This document shows, piece by piece, positions 9,132 to 17,598 of a stretch of DNA of 64,000 nucleotides (positions within the stretch are counted from its first letter, which is position 1; every line of letters begins with the position of its first letter). Both the position numbers and the translations under genes were made by a program. Source of the DNA: Candidatus Poribacteria bacterium (GTDB lineage Bacteria; Poribacteria; WGA-4E; WGA-3G); the NCBI GenBank assembly GCA_965205015.1, contig OZ242029.1, forward strand, positions 4,974,939 through 5,038,938, in the 5' to 3' direction. The notes under the pieces are model-generated. The model searched no databases. It was given only the letters and a program-made list of their open reading frames with translations, and was not told where the DNA came from.

Positions 9132-10190
9132 CTCTTGATACCACGTTGCGGATTGCTTGGCAATCTGAACGTTTTTCACACCCCCAAATTGGCGATGCTC
9201 AAACCACGGTAAGGCGTTCTCCGCTGCAGCGTTTGCGTTCTTGAAGTTCGTTGTTGCCTCGTTCTCCAAAAACTGCTGAACTGCTCCCGTATCAGGATAG
9301 TATTGGACAGCATCTTTCCAGATAGCTCTGCCGCAAAGGAAACCACTTGCCCCGGCACCGGTCGCCAGGTCAACGTTTTCAATGAATTCCTCAATATCCA
9401 CACCGGCACTCAAAATTACCCACGGGAGTGTCGAGGTTTCATCTAACTTCTGGCAGATGTCCTTCACTTCAGCGAGTTCATACGCAGCGTCGCCTGCATA
9501 AAAACTGGTATCTTTATAATCCGTTGTGTATTTCAGATCAGCAGGAAATTCTAACTTCAGAATGTCAACTTTGTAACTGGGATCCGTGAACTCCTCAACA
9601 CTCCGAATCACAAGGTCGGGTTTCTGTTTCGCGAAGGCGACACTCTTCGTCGTCCCCTCAAGTGCATAACTGACTAATTCCAACAAAAATGGTAAATCCT
9701 GCTTTTCGCATTCGTCCCCGACATGACGCACAAAGGCTTGTTGGTGTTCAAGGGTTTCAGCGGAGGCATCAGGGTGGTAATAGGCGAGGAGTTTAATGGC
9801 ATCTGCCCCGGCACGCTGTGCCTTGGCGATGCTCCAGTTTGCAATCGGATTGGAGAGCCGTTCGTTTTCAGCCACACCTTCACTGACATACCCCGATTCT
9901 TCATAGGCTAAGAGCAATGCGACATCCCGTGGAATCTCGGTGATAGAGTAGGGATGCCCGTAAATTGGGTCGGTCAGAACGGCGGTTGCATTTGGGGAAA
10001 GGATTCGAGTAATCAAAGTCTTCAGGGCTGCGACATCATCGTATTGGACATCAGCATTGTCCTTGTTGAGCGTATCTGCAAGTGCCTGTACCATGGAACC
10101 GCGCTGGTCAATCGCCATCATTTTAAAGCGACCCTTTGCATCGGCGAGTTTCATGATCCCCCGCAATTTACCAGAGGAAATATCGTTCAT
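9126..10190 (-). CDS. lacD: tagatose-1,6-bisphosphate aldolase family protein (class I, LacD-like)
   Basis: KLRGIMKLADAKGRFKMMAIDQRGS, LLAYEESGY, FLLELVSY, VDILKLEFP, WVILSAGV, GFLCGRAIW align block by block with S. aureus LacD. Confidence 0.7.
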   Translation of the reverse strand: MNDISSGKLRGIMKLADAKGRFKMMAIDQRGSMVQALADTLNKDNADVQYDDVAALKTLITRILSPNATAVLTDPIYGHPYSITEIPRDVALLLAYEESGYVSEGVAENERLSNPIANWSIAKAQRAGADAIKLLAYYHPDASAETLEHQQAFVRHVGDECEKQDLPFLLELVSYALEGTTKSVAFAKQKPDLVIRSVEEFTDPSYKVDILKLEFPADLKYTTDYKDTSFYAGDAAYELAEVKDICQKLDETSTLPWVILSAGVDIEEFIENVDLATGAGASGFLCGRAIWKDAVQYYPDTGAVQQFLENEATTNFKNANAAAENALPWFEHRQFGGVKNVQIAKQSATWYQEY

Positions 10191-10311
10191 TTAGTTCTCC
10201 TTTTTTGCTGGTTATCGGTTATCAGCCTTCAGGGGTCAGTTTTAAGAGGTTTTCGTTTAACAAAGGTTTCCTCCCGTTGCTGACTGCTGACTGCCGACCA
10301 CTGAAGGCTAT

Positions 10312-11376
10312 TTAGTATTCACGTTCAACGAAAAAACGGATTAAAGAGAGAAACAACTGCTTTGCCCGTCTATCAGGGAGATGGGTAAAATTGTTCTGAA
10401 ACCGTCCAGCGGCTTCCTGTAAGAGCGCCTGAGATCGCTGTTGGGCATAGGTAATCGACTTATATTTTTGCATTAATCGGAGGACGCTCTCGACCTCTGC
10501 CTCGGTTTTCTCATCACGGGGACGTGCCATGATGTCAATTACATGCCGAGCTTCAGCCGAACTGCAAGCATTGATCAGATGAATAAGCACGAGGGTCCGT
10601 TTGCCTTCACTAATATCTCCGGCAATCTCTTTTCCATACCTGCCGACGTCCCCGATCAGGTTAAGGACATCGTCCTGAATTTGAAAGGCGATTCCGAGTT
10701 CTTTGCCGAGTTCTACGAGTCCATCTATTTCTGTTTCGCTTGCGCCCCCGATGATTGCCCCCACCCGACAGGGTGTGATACAGGTATACCATGCGGTTTT
10801 CTGTATGCACATCGTTAAGTAGTCATCTTCATCGAGGTCCCAGCGGTTATCGTTCACCCAACTCAATTCGATGTGCTGTCCCTCAACGACTTGGTTGCTG
10901 AGTTGTATGAATTCAGATAAAATTCGGAAGGCGAGTTGATGTCCGAGAATCTCCGTGTTTCGGTGGAGCATCTCCCACATCTTGCAGTGGAGAGCGTCCC
11001 CAACGTTGATAGCCATTGGGATCCCGTGTTTTTGATGGAGACACGGCTCGCCTCTGCGGAGTTCGGAGCCATCTTCAATATCATCGTGAATCAGGAGCCA
11101 ATTCTGGAGGAGTTCAAGAGAAGCAGCCGTGTTAACGGCGCGCTGTGTATCTCCGCCGAACGCCTCACACATGAGCATGCAGAGTGCCGGACGTAACCCC
11201 TTGGCGGCGCGGCGCGGGTAGTCTAACATCATCTGGTACAACTGATGGACATCCGGGTGCTTGTGGGTAGTCGGGAGAAAATCAAAAATACAGGCATCAA
11301 CCTTACTTTTGACATCGCTGAGGTATGTTGTGACAAGATGCTTTGTGGGTGAGGATTCCTGTCCAGTTTTCTGCAT
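10312..11376 (-). CDS. polyprenyl diphosphate synthase (trans-IPPS family)
   Basis: First aspartate-rich motif LIHDDIEDGSELRRG and second FQIQDDVLN. Confidence 0.85.
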   Translation of the reverse strand: MQKTGQESSPTKHLVTTYLSDVKSKVDACIFDFLPTTHKHPDVHQLYQMMLDYPRRAAKGLRPALCMLMCEAFGGDTQRAVNTAASLELLQNWLLIHDDIEDGSELRRGEPCLHQKHGIPMAINVGDALHCKMWEMLHRNTEILGHQLAFRILSEFIQLSNQVVEGQHIELSWVNDNRWDLDEDDYLTMCIQKTAWYTCITPCRVGAIIGGASETEIDGLVELGKELGIAFQIQDDVLNLIGDVGRYGKEIAGDISEGKRTLVLIHLINACSSAEARHVIDIMARPRDEKTEAEVESVLRLMQKYKSITYAQQRSQALLQEAAGRFQNNFTHLPDRRAKQLFLSLIRFFVEREY

Positions 11377-11495
11377 CGGTTTCCTTATGTTTTTCGCCGT
11401 CTTTTTATTTCACTCAGCCCTCCCATGATTTCGTCGGGTCCCTGAGCACGAACATCAACATTTATCAAGCGTTGGTTCGCAAGTTTTGCTTTAAA

Positions 11496-11524
11496 ATTAT
11501 AACACATTGAGGCGTGAAAATCAA
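11496..11524 (-). promoter_or_regulatory. sigma70-like promoter with extended -10 for polyprenyl synthase
   Basis: Minus strand: TTGATT, 17-nt spacer ending TGT, TATAAT (TGn-extended -10). Confidence 0.5.
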
Positions 11525-11591
11525 ATTTTTGTTGGACAGGAAATGTAGAATATTTCAACAGAAGTTGAAATCCGCCACCACCTATCACGCG

Positions 11592-11828
11592 CTACAATTC
11601 ATCCAAATCGAGTGCGATGAACCGGTATCCCAAGGGTTTTATCCGATCAACCAGAGTTTCTCGCAATTGGAGGGCACGCGTAAATTGTGACTCCGAGACC
11701 TGTATCCGCAGAACTGGGGTATTGTCGAAAAGCGAGACGTTTTCAAGCGCAAATTCGCTCAGGATCTGCTTGACCTCTACCAATGCTGCGCGACTTTCGG
11801 CTTGCACCGTGTTGGAATCTTTTGACAT
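11592..11828 (-). CDS. small hypothetical protein (78 aa), translationally coupled to upstream SDR
   Basis: ATG at 11828 lies one base after the SDR TAA stop; tracked ORF extends further 5' but overlaps the SDR. Confidence 0.4.
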   Translation of the reverse strand: MSKDSNTVQAESRAALVEVKQILSEFALENVSLFDNTPVLRIQVSESQFTRALQLRETLVDRIKPLGYRFIALDLDEL

Positions 11829-11829
11829 T

Positions 11830-12636
11830 TTAGGACTGTCGCCTCCAGTCGCTACCCGCCATAAATCCCCCATCAACGAAGACCATTTGTCCCGTAACAA
11901 AGTCAGAGGCATTCGAGGCGAAGAAAATTGTTAAGCCCGCAAGGTCCTCAGGTTCCCCCCATCGCTCTGCAGGGGTGCGATTGAGAATCCACCGGTTTCG
12001 GTTGTCCTCGCGTGCGGGGGCGGTCATCTCGGTTCGGATGAAGCCGGGGGCAATGCCGTTGACCTGAATGTTGTGCTCCGCCCATTCTACGGCGAGCAGC
12101 TTCGTTAATTGGAGGAGTCCCCCTTTCGCCGCGGTATAGGCGACACTCGTAGGGAGTCCAATCGCTGAGGTGAGGGATAATGTGTTGATGACCTTACCTG
12201 CTTTCTGTCGCTGCATGACGTTGCCACAGGCTTTTGCGAGGAAAAACGCGCCCTTCAGATTAATATCCGTAACGAAGTCCCAATCCGCCTCGGTAAATTC
12301 CAAGGCAGGGTTGCGTATATTGACCCCAGCATTATTGACGAGGACATCAAGTCGTCCCAGAGTCTCCACAGTTTGCGCGACGAGCGCGTCAATTTCTGTA
12401 AGATTGCTGACATCCGCCTGAATAGGGAGAACGTTTCTGCCGGTTTCATTGGCAATCCGTTCAGCGACGGGGGTTAGTGTATCTATCTCTCTACCCACAA
12501 CGACGATATCTGAACCTGCCCCTGCAAGCCCTTCTGCCATTGCAAGTCCAATGCCGCGACTCGCTCCAGTGACGAGACTTACTTTACCCTCTAACCGAAA
12601 TTGTTCAACGATCCCCGTAGCAGATTTTTGATTCAT
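11830..12636 (-). CDS. SDR family oxidoreductase (FabG-like)
   Basis: VTGASRGIGLAMAEGL Rossmann motif; YTAAKGG catalytic YxxxK. Confidence 0.85.
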   Translation of the reverse strand: MNQKSATGIVEQFRLEGKVSLVTGASRGIGLAMAEGLAGAGSDIVVVGREIDTLTPVAERIANETGRNVLPIQADVSNLTEIDALVAQTVETLGRLDVLVNNAGVNIRNPALEFTEADWDFVTDINLKGAFFLAKACGNVMQRQKAGKVINTLSLTSAIGLPTSVAYTAAKGGLLQLTKLLAVEWAEHNIQVNGIAPGFIRTEMTAPAREDNRNRWILNRTPAERWGEPEDLAGLTIFFASNASDFVTGQMVFVDGGFMAGSDWRRQS

Positions 12637-12661
12637 GTTTTACTCCAATTCCAACCTGTAA

Positions 12662-13870
12662 TTAATCGGTCAATCCATCTTGTTCTGCGAATTCAAACAG
12701 TTGCCCACCATCAATAGCCTTTATTTTGCCGCCATATTCCTCGGCAAGAGAGACAAGCAGCTCCGCACCAAGGGAAAGTTTTAAATCAATTTCAAGTGCG
12801 ACAACATAGATAACGGCGTTGTTGCGGTTATGTTCACGCACAATATCAAGAATCTTCTGTGTATTGGTCTCAATTTGTACATAAGCCCCGTCATCTACCT
12901 GCGGCAAGCCATCTGTTATCAAAACAACAACAGTCGGTTCAAACGTTAAGGCGGCTTTAATAGCAGAGAGGATGTTAGTGTCCAGATTGCCCTGAATACT
13001 TTGGGGAGTGAACCTGTCAAGATACTTCAAGACGCGCTCTATGTTTGCGGAGTTCGCCGGGAGCATTTCCTTGCTCATAGGTTTCGCTGTATCGGAAAAC
13101 GCTACAATGTTCAGCTTATCGTTGTTTCCTAACATCATCACGGAATCTTTGAGAGCGTTTATTGCCAGTGGCAATTTTTTCATCCCAGCAGCCTGCATAC
13201 TTGCGGTTATATCAAGACAGTAGACGACATCTTTAGGTCCCCCGAATTCATCAAGGAAATCAATGAGGCCGAGTCGATCTGCGGCGCCATCCTTTCCACC
13301 GCCACCGAGAAGTCCACCGTCGGAACCGCCCTGCCCATCACCACGGAATCTACCCATACCGTCGCCGCGCGCTCGGACCCTACCGGTAACAATACCGCGT
13401 CCATCCGTCCGTCCAGGCTGGGCGATCAGTCTGCTGAGATTTGACGCCTCCGCCTCCCGTAATTGTGCGTCCGTCATAACATCTGGAATCATCTCACTCA
13501 AGGGTGCTTTGTTGACCTCTACGTCTTCGAGAACAACACGCGGACTGAGTTTCATGACCTCATCTATTTTATTCCGAGCGGCTTCAATCTTTTTCTGCTC
13601 TGCATTTCGGGCGAGCTCCTCGTTGGGATCATACATCTTCTTAGTGAGCGGTGGTTTCGGTTTGGGTTTCCGTTTTCTGGGGGCATCGGCATCATTAATT
13701 AAGTCAACAGCGAGGGCATCCGCCTGTTCTTGACTGAGTTGATTTATTGGCAGAAACAGGTAGGTAATCGCGAAAATCATGTGTAGAATAAGCGATAATA
13801 AGATGACAGAGCGTGTGCGGTTTTTACGTCGTCTTGCATCAATGCCCCAAGTTAGCAAATGATTTAACAT
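12662..13870 (-). CDS. von Willebrand factor type A domain membrane protein (BatA/BatB-like)
   Basis: N-terminal TM helix, Lys-rich linker, C-terminal VWA domain with DITASM (DxSxS-like MIDAS motif). Confidence 0.8.
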   Translation of the reverse strand: MLNHLLTWGIDARRRKNRTRSVILLSLILHMIFAITYLFLPINQLSQEQADALAVDLINDADAPRKRKPKPKPPLTKKMYDPNEELARNAEQKKIEAARNKIDEVMKLSPRVVLEDVEVNKAPLSEMIPDVMTDAQLREAEASNLSRLIAQPGRTDGRGIVTGRVRARGDGMGRFRGDGQGGSDGGLLGGGGKDGAADRLGLIDFLDEFGGPKDVVYCLDITASMQAAGMKKLPLAINALKDSVMMLGNNDKLNIVAFSDTAKPMSKEMLPANSANIERVLKYLDRFTPQSIQGNLDTNILSAIKAALTFEPTVVVLITDGLPQVDDGAYVQIETNTQKILDIVREHNRNNAVIYVVALEIDLKLSLGAELLVSLAEEYGGKIKAIDGGQLFEFAEQDGLTD

Positions 13871-13959
13871 GATAAATTCCTCCGCGTTTCGTTTCTTTTT
13901 TCATTGCATGCTTTAAAATTATAGGTTATCAAGCAACATGTTTTGGGGTTTTCGGACGC

Positions 13960-14499
13960 CTACGTTCCTGACGCAGCTTGTTGATTTTCAAAAGCCTGGA
14001 TCCATGTTCTGCCTTCAGGTGTCAGTTCATAATAGGTGTGATTTCGGTGCTTGATCCATTTCCCCTTGACGATATTTTTTCGATAGTGGATGATCCGGCC
14101 TTCAACCCGTTTTAAACCACCCAGATCCCTCAATTTACGATGTCGCTGGTGCGTCTCTTCAAGCGGAATTCTCAAAGTTTCAGCGACAACGATAGAATAG
14201 TCCATCCCCAATTCTTGATGGTGTTTGAGTATAAAGTAATCGGTCTCATCAAGTTCGGCAAACTCAGAGGGAAGTGCAATTGAATCCGTCGGCGTCTCGG
14301 TTGTTCGAACTTCATCCCACGCGACTGTCAAGAGTCGCTCTGGTCGGAAGCCTTGCACCGCACGACAGTCGACGTGATGGACAGTTATCGTGCTGTCTTC
14401 CTTGAAGTATCCAGTGATTGCGTCCCCTTCTTGAGGGGCACAGCACTTCGCGATTTTATAGGTGAGTTCCGCTGCCATATCTTTGCACCATTGCAACAC
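13960..14499 (-). CDS. RelA/SpoT zinc-finger (CC/ZFD) domain fused to PadR-like winged helix
   Basis: AELTYKIAKCCAPQEGDAITGYFKEDSTITVHHVDC...PERLLTVAWDEV parallels E. coli RelA [36 protein letters not shown]...PERIVDAVWGE; C-terminus HRKLRDLGGLKRVEG...HTYYELTPEGRTWI matches the PadR wHTH pattern. Confidence 0.55.
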   Translation of the reverse strand: MLQWCKDMAAELTYKIAKCCAPQEGDAITGYFKEDSTITVHHVDCRAVQGFRPERLLTVAWDEVRTTETPTDSIALPSEFAELDETDYFILKHHQELGMDYSIVVAETLRIPLEETHQRHRKLRDLGGLKRVEGRIIHYRKNIVKGKWIKHRNHTYYELTPEGRTWIQAFENQQAASGT

Positions 14500-14544
14500 C
14501 GTCTATTAACCCAAGTTCCATTTTTTTATGGATATAACCCGTTA

Positions 14545-14670
14545 CAGGGTAGGCACGAGACCTACCCCTACAGGGTAGGCACGAGACCTGCCACAGGGTA
14601 GGCACAAGACCTACCACAGGGTAGGCACGAGACCTGCCACAGGGTAGGCACAAGACCTACCCCTACAAGG
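14545..14670. repeat. tandem array of 5 hairpin repeats, unit GGGTAGGCACRAGACCTRCC plus ACA or CCTACA linker
   Basis: Five contiguous ~23-nt units, each a GGTAGG...CCTACC palindrome; no intervening spacers; same family as the dispersed GGCAGGTACAAGACCTGCC-CCTACAAG elements. Confidence 0.85.
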
Positions 14671-14694
14671 TGTCCTTTAGGGTTATAGGCGTCC

Positions 14695-15969
14695 TCATTC
14701 CCGTTCCAATGCGCGATATCCGATGTCCCGCCGCGCGTGTGCATTCTCAAAATGAATGACGGAAACGCCTTTATACGCCTGTTGAATCGCATCGCGCAAC
14801 CTGCCAGCCACAGCCGTGACCCCTAACACTCGACCGCCATCGGTGACAATGTTTTCACCCTTCTGCTTTGTGCCTGCATGAAAGACGGTAACGCCCTCAA
14901 TCGCATCGGCATCTTCAAGCCCTGTGATCACTTTACCTGTCTGGTAGGGATCTGGATATCCACCTGAAGCCATAACGACACACGCTGCTGCCTCGTCATG
15001 CCATTGCACATCAGCGTACTGTTCAAGCGTTCCGTCAATGCATGCGATTAGCAAAGGGACTAAATCACTTTTGAGGCGAGGTAAGAGAACTTGTATTTCA
15101 GGGTCTCCAAAACGACAGTTGAATTCCACGACTTTCGGACCGGCCTCGGTAATCATCAATCCGACGTATAGCACACCTTTGAAGGGTCTTCCAATATCTG
15201 CCATGCCGTTGACAGTCGGGTAAACGATGCGTTGCATTACATCGTCATGTAATACTGGTGTGATAACAGGTGCTGGAGAATAAGCCCCCATTCCGCCAGT
15301 GTTTTTGCCTATGTCCCCATCATGTGACATCTTATGGTCTTGGGAGCTGACAAAAGGGAGACAGTAGGTGCCATCGGTAAGCACTGTGAAAGAGGCTTCT
15401 TCACCGATGAGTTCCTCTTCAATGACGACACTATCGCCTGCCTCACCGAATGCCCTATCCACCAAAATCGTTTTGACGGCTTGCCACGCCTCCTTGAAGG
15501 TGCGTCCGGGGATGACGCCTTTGCCTGCCGCGAGTCCATTTGCCTTAACGAAAACTGGGGCATTGCGATCTTCAATGTATGCCATCGCTGCTTCGGCATC
15601 CGTAAATGTCTGGTGTTCCGCTGTCGGGATTCCGTTTTTTACCATCAGCTGCTTGGCGAAATCTTTACTCGCTTCCAAGCGTGCTGCGCGTTTATCGGGT
15701 CCAAATGCCTTCAACCCGCGTTCACTGAAGACATCTATAATCCCGTCAGCCAATGGGGCTTCGGGTCCGACAACGGTTAGCGCAATGCCTTGGGACGCTG
15801 TCCAATCTGCCAAGTCGGTAAACCGATCGGGCATGGGGATAGATTCTGAGATTTGCGCGATGCCAGCATTACCGGGCGTGCAATAGATTTTTTCGACGAG
15901 TGGACTCTGGGCAAGTTTCCATACGAGCGTATGTTCGCGTCCGCCTTGCCCCACAACCAGAATTTTCAT
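14695..15969 (-). CDS. purD: phosphoribosylamine--glycine ligase
   Basis: MKILVVGQGGREHTLVWKLAQSP N-terminus and ATP-grasp body. Confidence 0.95.
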   Translation of the reverse strand: MKILVVGQGGREHTLVWKLAQSPLVEKIYCTPGNAGIAQISESIPMPDRFTDLADWTASQGIALTVVGPEAPLADGIIDVFSERGLKAFGPDKRAARLEASKDFAKQLMVKNGIPTAEHQTFTDAEAAMAYIEDRNAPVFVKANGLAAGKGVIPGRTFKEAWQAVKTILVDRAFGEAGDSVVIEEELIGEEASFTVLTDGTYCLPFVSSQDHKMSHDGDIGKNTGGMGAYSPAPVITPVLHDDVMQRIVYPTVNGMADIGRPFKGVLYVGLMITEAGPKVVEFNCRFGDPEIQVLLPRLKSDLVPLLIACIDGTLEQYADVQWHDEAAACVVMASGGYPDPYQTGKVITGLEDADAIEGVTVFHAGTKQKGENIVTDGGRVLGVTAVAGRLRDAIQQAYKGVSVIHFENAHARRDIGYRALERE

Positions 15970-15992
15970 GCTTACATATCCTTTTTGACTGT

Positions 15993-16021
15993 ATTATAGC
16001 AGAATATGTTCGGAAAATCAA
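15993..16021 (-). promoter_or_regulatory. sigma70-like promoter for purD
   Basis: Minus strand TTGATT, 17 nt, TGc-TATAAT, ~23 nt before ATG. Confidence 0.5.
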
Positions 16022-16042
16022 GCAATTTCGTCTGAAAGCCAA

Positions 16043-16071
16043 CGCTTCTAATTTGACAAAGGATGTCGTAT
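16043..16071 (+). promoter_or_regulatory. sigma70-like promoter for the TA-like ORF (divergent from purD)
   Basis: TTGACA (16043-16048), 17 nt, TGt-TATAGT (16066-16071). Confidence 0.5.
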
Positions 16072-16140
16072 CTGTTATAGTAATTTCGGTGTATCTTACA
16101 AATTCAGGTGTAACATTCACTGACAGAGAAAAAATCAATA

Positions 16141-16704
16141 ATGCGCAATACACAGCTCCGAGACATAGAAGTTTACGAGACCTTAAATGGTCAAGTACCG
16201 TTCACTGAATGGTTTGCATCCATTCAAGATACAAAAACACAAACCAGAATTCGAGGACGACTTGATCGCCTGGAAAAAGGGAACTTTGGAGAAACAGCGA
16301 TGAGAAAGTACCGGAAATGGCGAGAAATCGTAATAGAGCAACTTGCAGCCGACTGGGATGCGGCATTTGACTATATTCAATTCGCAATGGAAGAATACCA
16401 AGTTGATGGGGATACCGCAGTGTTTCTGCTTGCCCTCCGAACGTTTGTAGAATCTCAAGGGGGTATTACTGAGCTTAGCAAAAAAACCGGCGTGAATAGA
16501 GAAATTTTCTCGAAAGTGCTTTCATCTGAGGAACCTCCGCGACTTGACATGTTCGTAACTATTCTATCTGCCCTTGGGGGCAAACTTTCAATTAAACCGC
16601 TGGGATCCGAGGATTTTCGTGGAGAAAAGGAAGATGTGGATGCTGTGTTAGCAACATCAGAGGGTATAAAACCCGATATAGTATTCGCTAGAGATAACAA
16701 ATAA
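16141..16704 (+). CDS. in-frame fusion of truncated HigB-like killer-protein N-terminus with an intact HigA-like antidote protein
   Basis: Residues 1-53 (IEVYETLNGQVPFTEWF...RLDRLEKGNFGE) match the N-half of the TIGR02683 killer family but lack the VGEGVSELR...GPGYR half; rest (DWDAAFDYIQFAMEEY...GDTAVFLLALRTFVESQGGITELSKKTGVNREIFSKVLS...LSALGGKLSIKP) matches the TIGR02684 antidote family. Confidence 0.6.
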   Translation: MRNTQLRDIEVYETLNGQVPFTEWFASIQDTKTQTRIRGRLDRLEKGNFGETAMRKYRKWREIVIEQLAADWDAAFDYIQFAMEEYQVDGDTAVFLLALRTFVESQGGITELSKKTGVNREIFSKVLSSEEPPRLDMFVTILSALGGKLSIKPLGSEDFRGEKEDVDAVLATSEGIKPDIVFARDNK

Positions 16705-16881
16705 TACCATTTCTAAGAGATTATATCGCATTGACAGATCACCTCAAAGACTGCACAGGCTAACAGCCTATGCTACAAAGATCTCGTTTATTGAAGCATT
16801 TTCAATCAGAAATGGTATAAGATCAGTTTTAATGCCACATAAGGACAGCCCAAGTTTTGAGCGAGATCTACGGTAAAATGC

Positions 16882-17565
16882 TTGCTGCTGCATGGCTCAC
16901 TTAGATTGGGTAAGAGGAAACAGTCTATGCGCTATTTGCGAGGTATCATTACATGGATTGATTCATTGGAATCCGGCAGACAATTTCGGAGTTGGGCTGC
17001 AATTCTCGTCAAAATCCTTGCGGTGGTTGTTTTCGTAGGTATCAACGTATGGGGTATTGTAACGTGCGTGGACACAATAGTCGCGAGCAAAGATTTGGAA
17101 ATAACCCCACAGGCTCTTATCATCATTGGATCAATTTTGGAGGTTGGTATCACCTTTATTATCGCCACAATCCTCGCGATGCTGTTTTGGAACAGAGCGA
17201 ATAAACTCAAGCCCCTTGATAAGGACCCGAATTTCATTTTAATATCTATTGCGGTTATCATGGTCCAACTGTTTGGTGAAGTCAGTTTTCTCGTACTCAT
17301 CGGGGTAGGTGTTCAAACATTGGTTGCTTCTATTTTCGGATCAGGTGCCCCGAATTTCGTGTATATGCTCATAGACGACTTGGACGTAAATTTTGACTTT
17401 ACTGTAGGTATAGTGCTGTTTTTGCTGGCTGTTCTCTGCAGCCCAGCCTTATTGATTGTCGCTTACTTCGCAGCAGAAAAGATCGATGTCAATGCCAATA
17501 TAGCAGAGAGCCTCAATAACATAGAGGCGAAGTTGGTGTCTGAGGAACCTACTTCAGATTCATAA
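16882..17565 (+). CDS. hypothetical 4-TM membrane protein
   Basis: Four predicted hydrophobic helices; likely true start MRYLRG at 16927; no recognisable domain. Confidence 0.55.
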   Translation: MLLHGSLRLGKRKQSMRYLRGIITWIDSLESGRQFRSWAAILVKILAVVVFVGINVWGIVTCVDTIVASKDLEITPQALIIIGSILEVGITFIIATILAMLFWNRANKLKPLDKDPNFILISIAVIMVQLFGEVSFLVLIGVGVQTLVASIFGSGAPNFVYMLIDDLDVNFDFTVGIVLFLLAVLCSPALLIVAYFAAEKIDVNANIAESLNNIEAKLVSEEPTSDS

Positions 17566-17598
17566 TCAATAGCCCTCGTTAGATGGAGGTTTTGAACG

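Noticed and set aside
8952-9212. ORFs 8952..9212 (+) and 8912..9163 (-) in the repeat cluster
   Set aside because: Composed of tandemly duplicated repeat modules (FAWGVFAWVFLRI...); translation of repetitive DNA.
11385-11588. 67-aa minus-strand ORF between the polyprenyl synthase and the small hypothetical gene
   Set aside because: Overlaps the strong TTGATT/TGT-TATAAT promoter and its leader; Gly-rich, no RBS; more likely 5' UTR.
14545-14670. Tandem 20-23-nt repeats considered as a CRISPR array
   Set aside because: Units are contiguous with only 3-6-nt linkers, no unique spacers, no cas genes; unit belongs to a dispersed hairpin-repeat family.
14456-14792. ORFs 14456..14653 and 14568..14792 (-) with repeated VGLVPTLWQVSCLPCG peptides
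   Set aside because: Translations of the tandem hairpin array; overlap purD 3' end; spurious.
16141-16300. Possibility that the HigB-like N-terminus and HigA-like body are two separate genes split by a frameshift
   Set aside because: No toxin C-terminal motifs (VGEGVSELR/GPGYR) in any alternative frame of 16260-16420; best read as an internal in-frame deletion.
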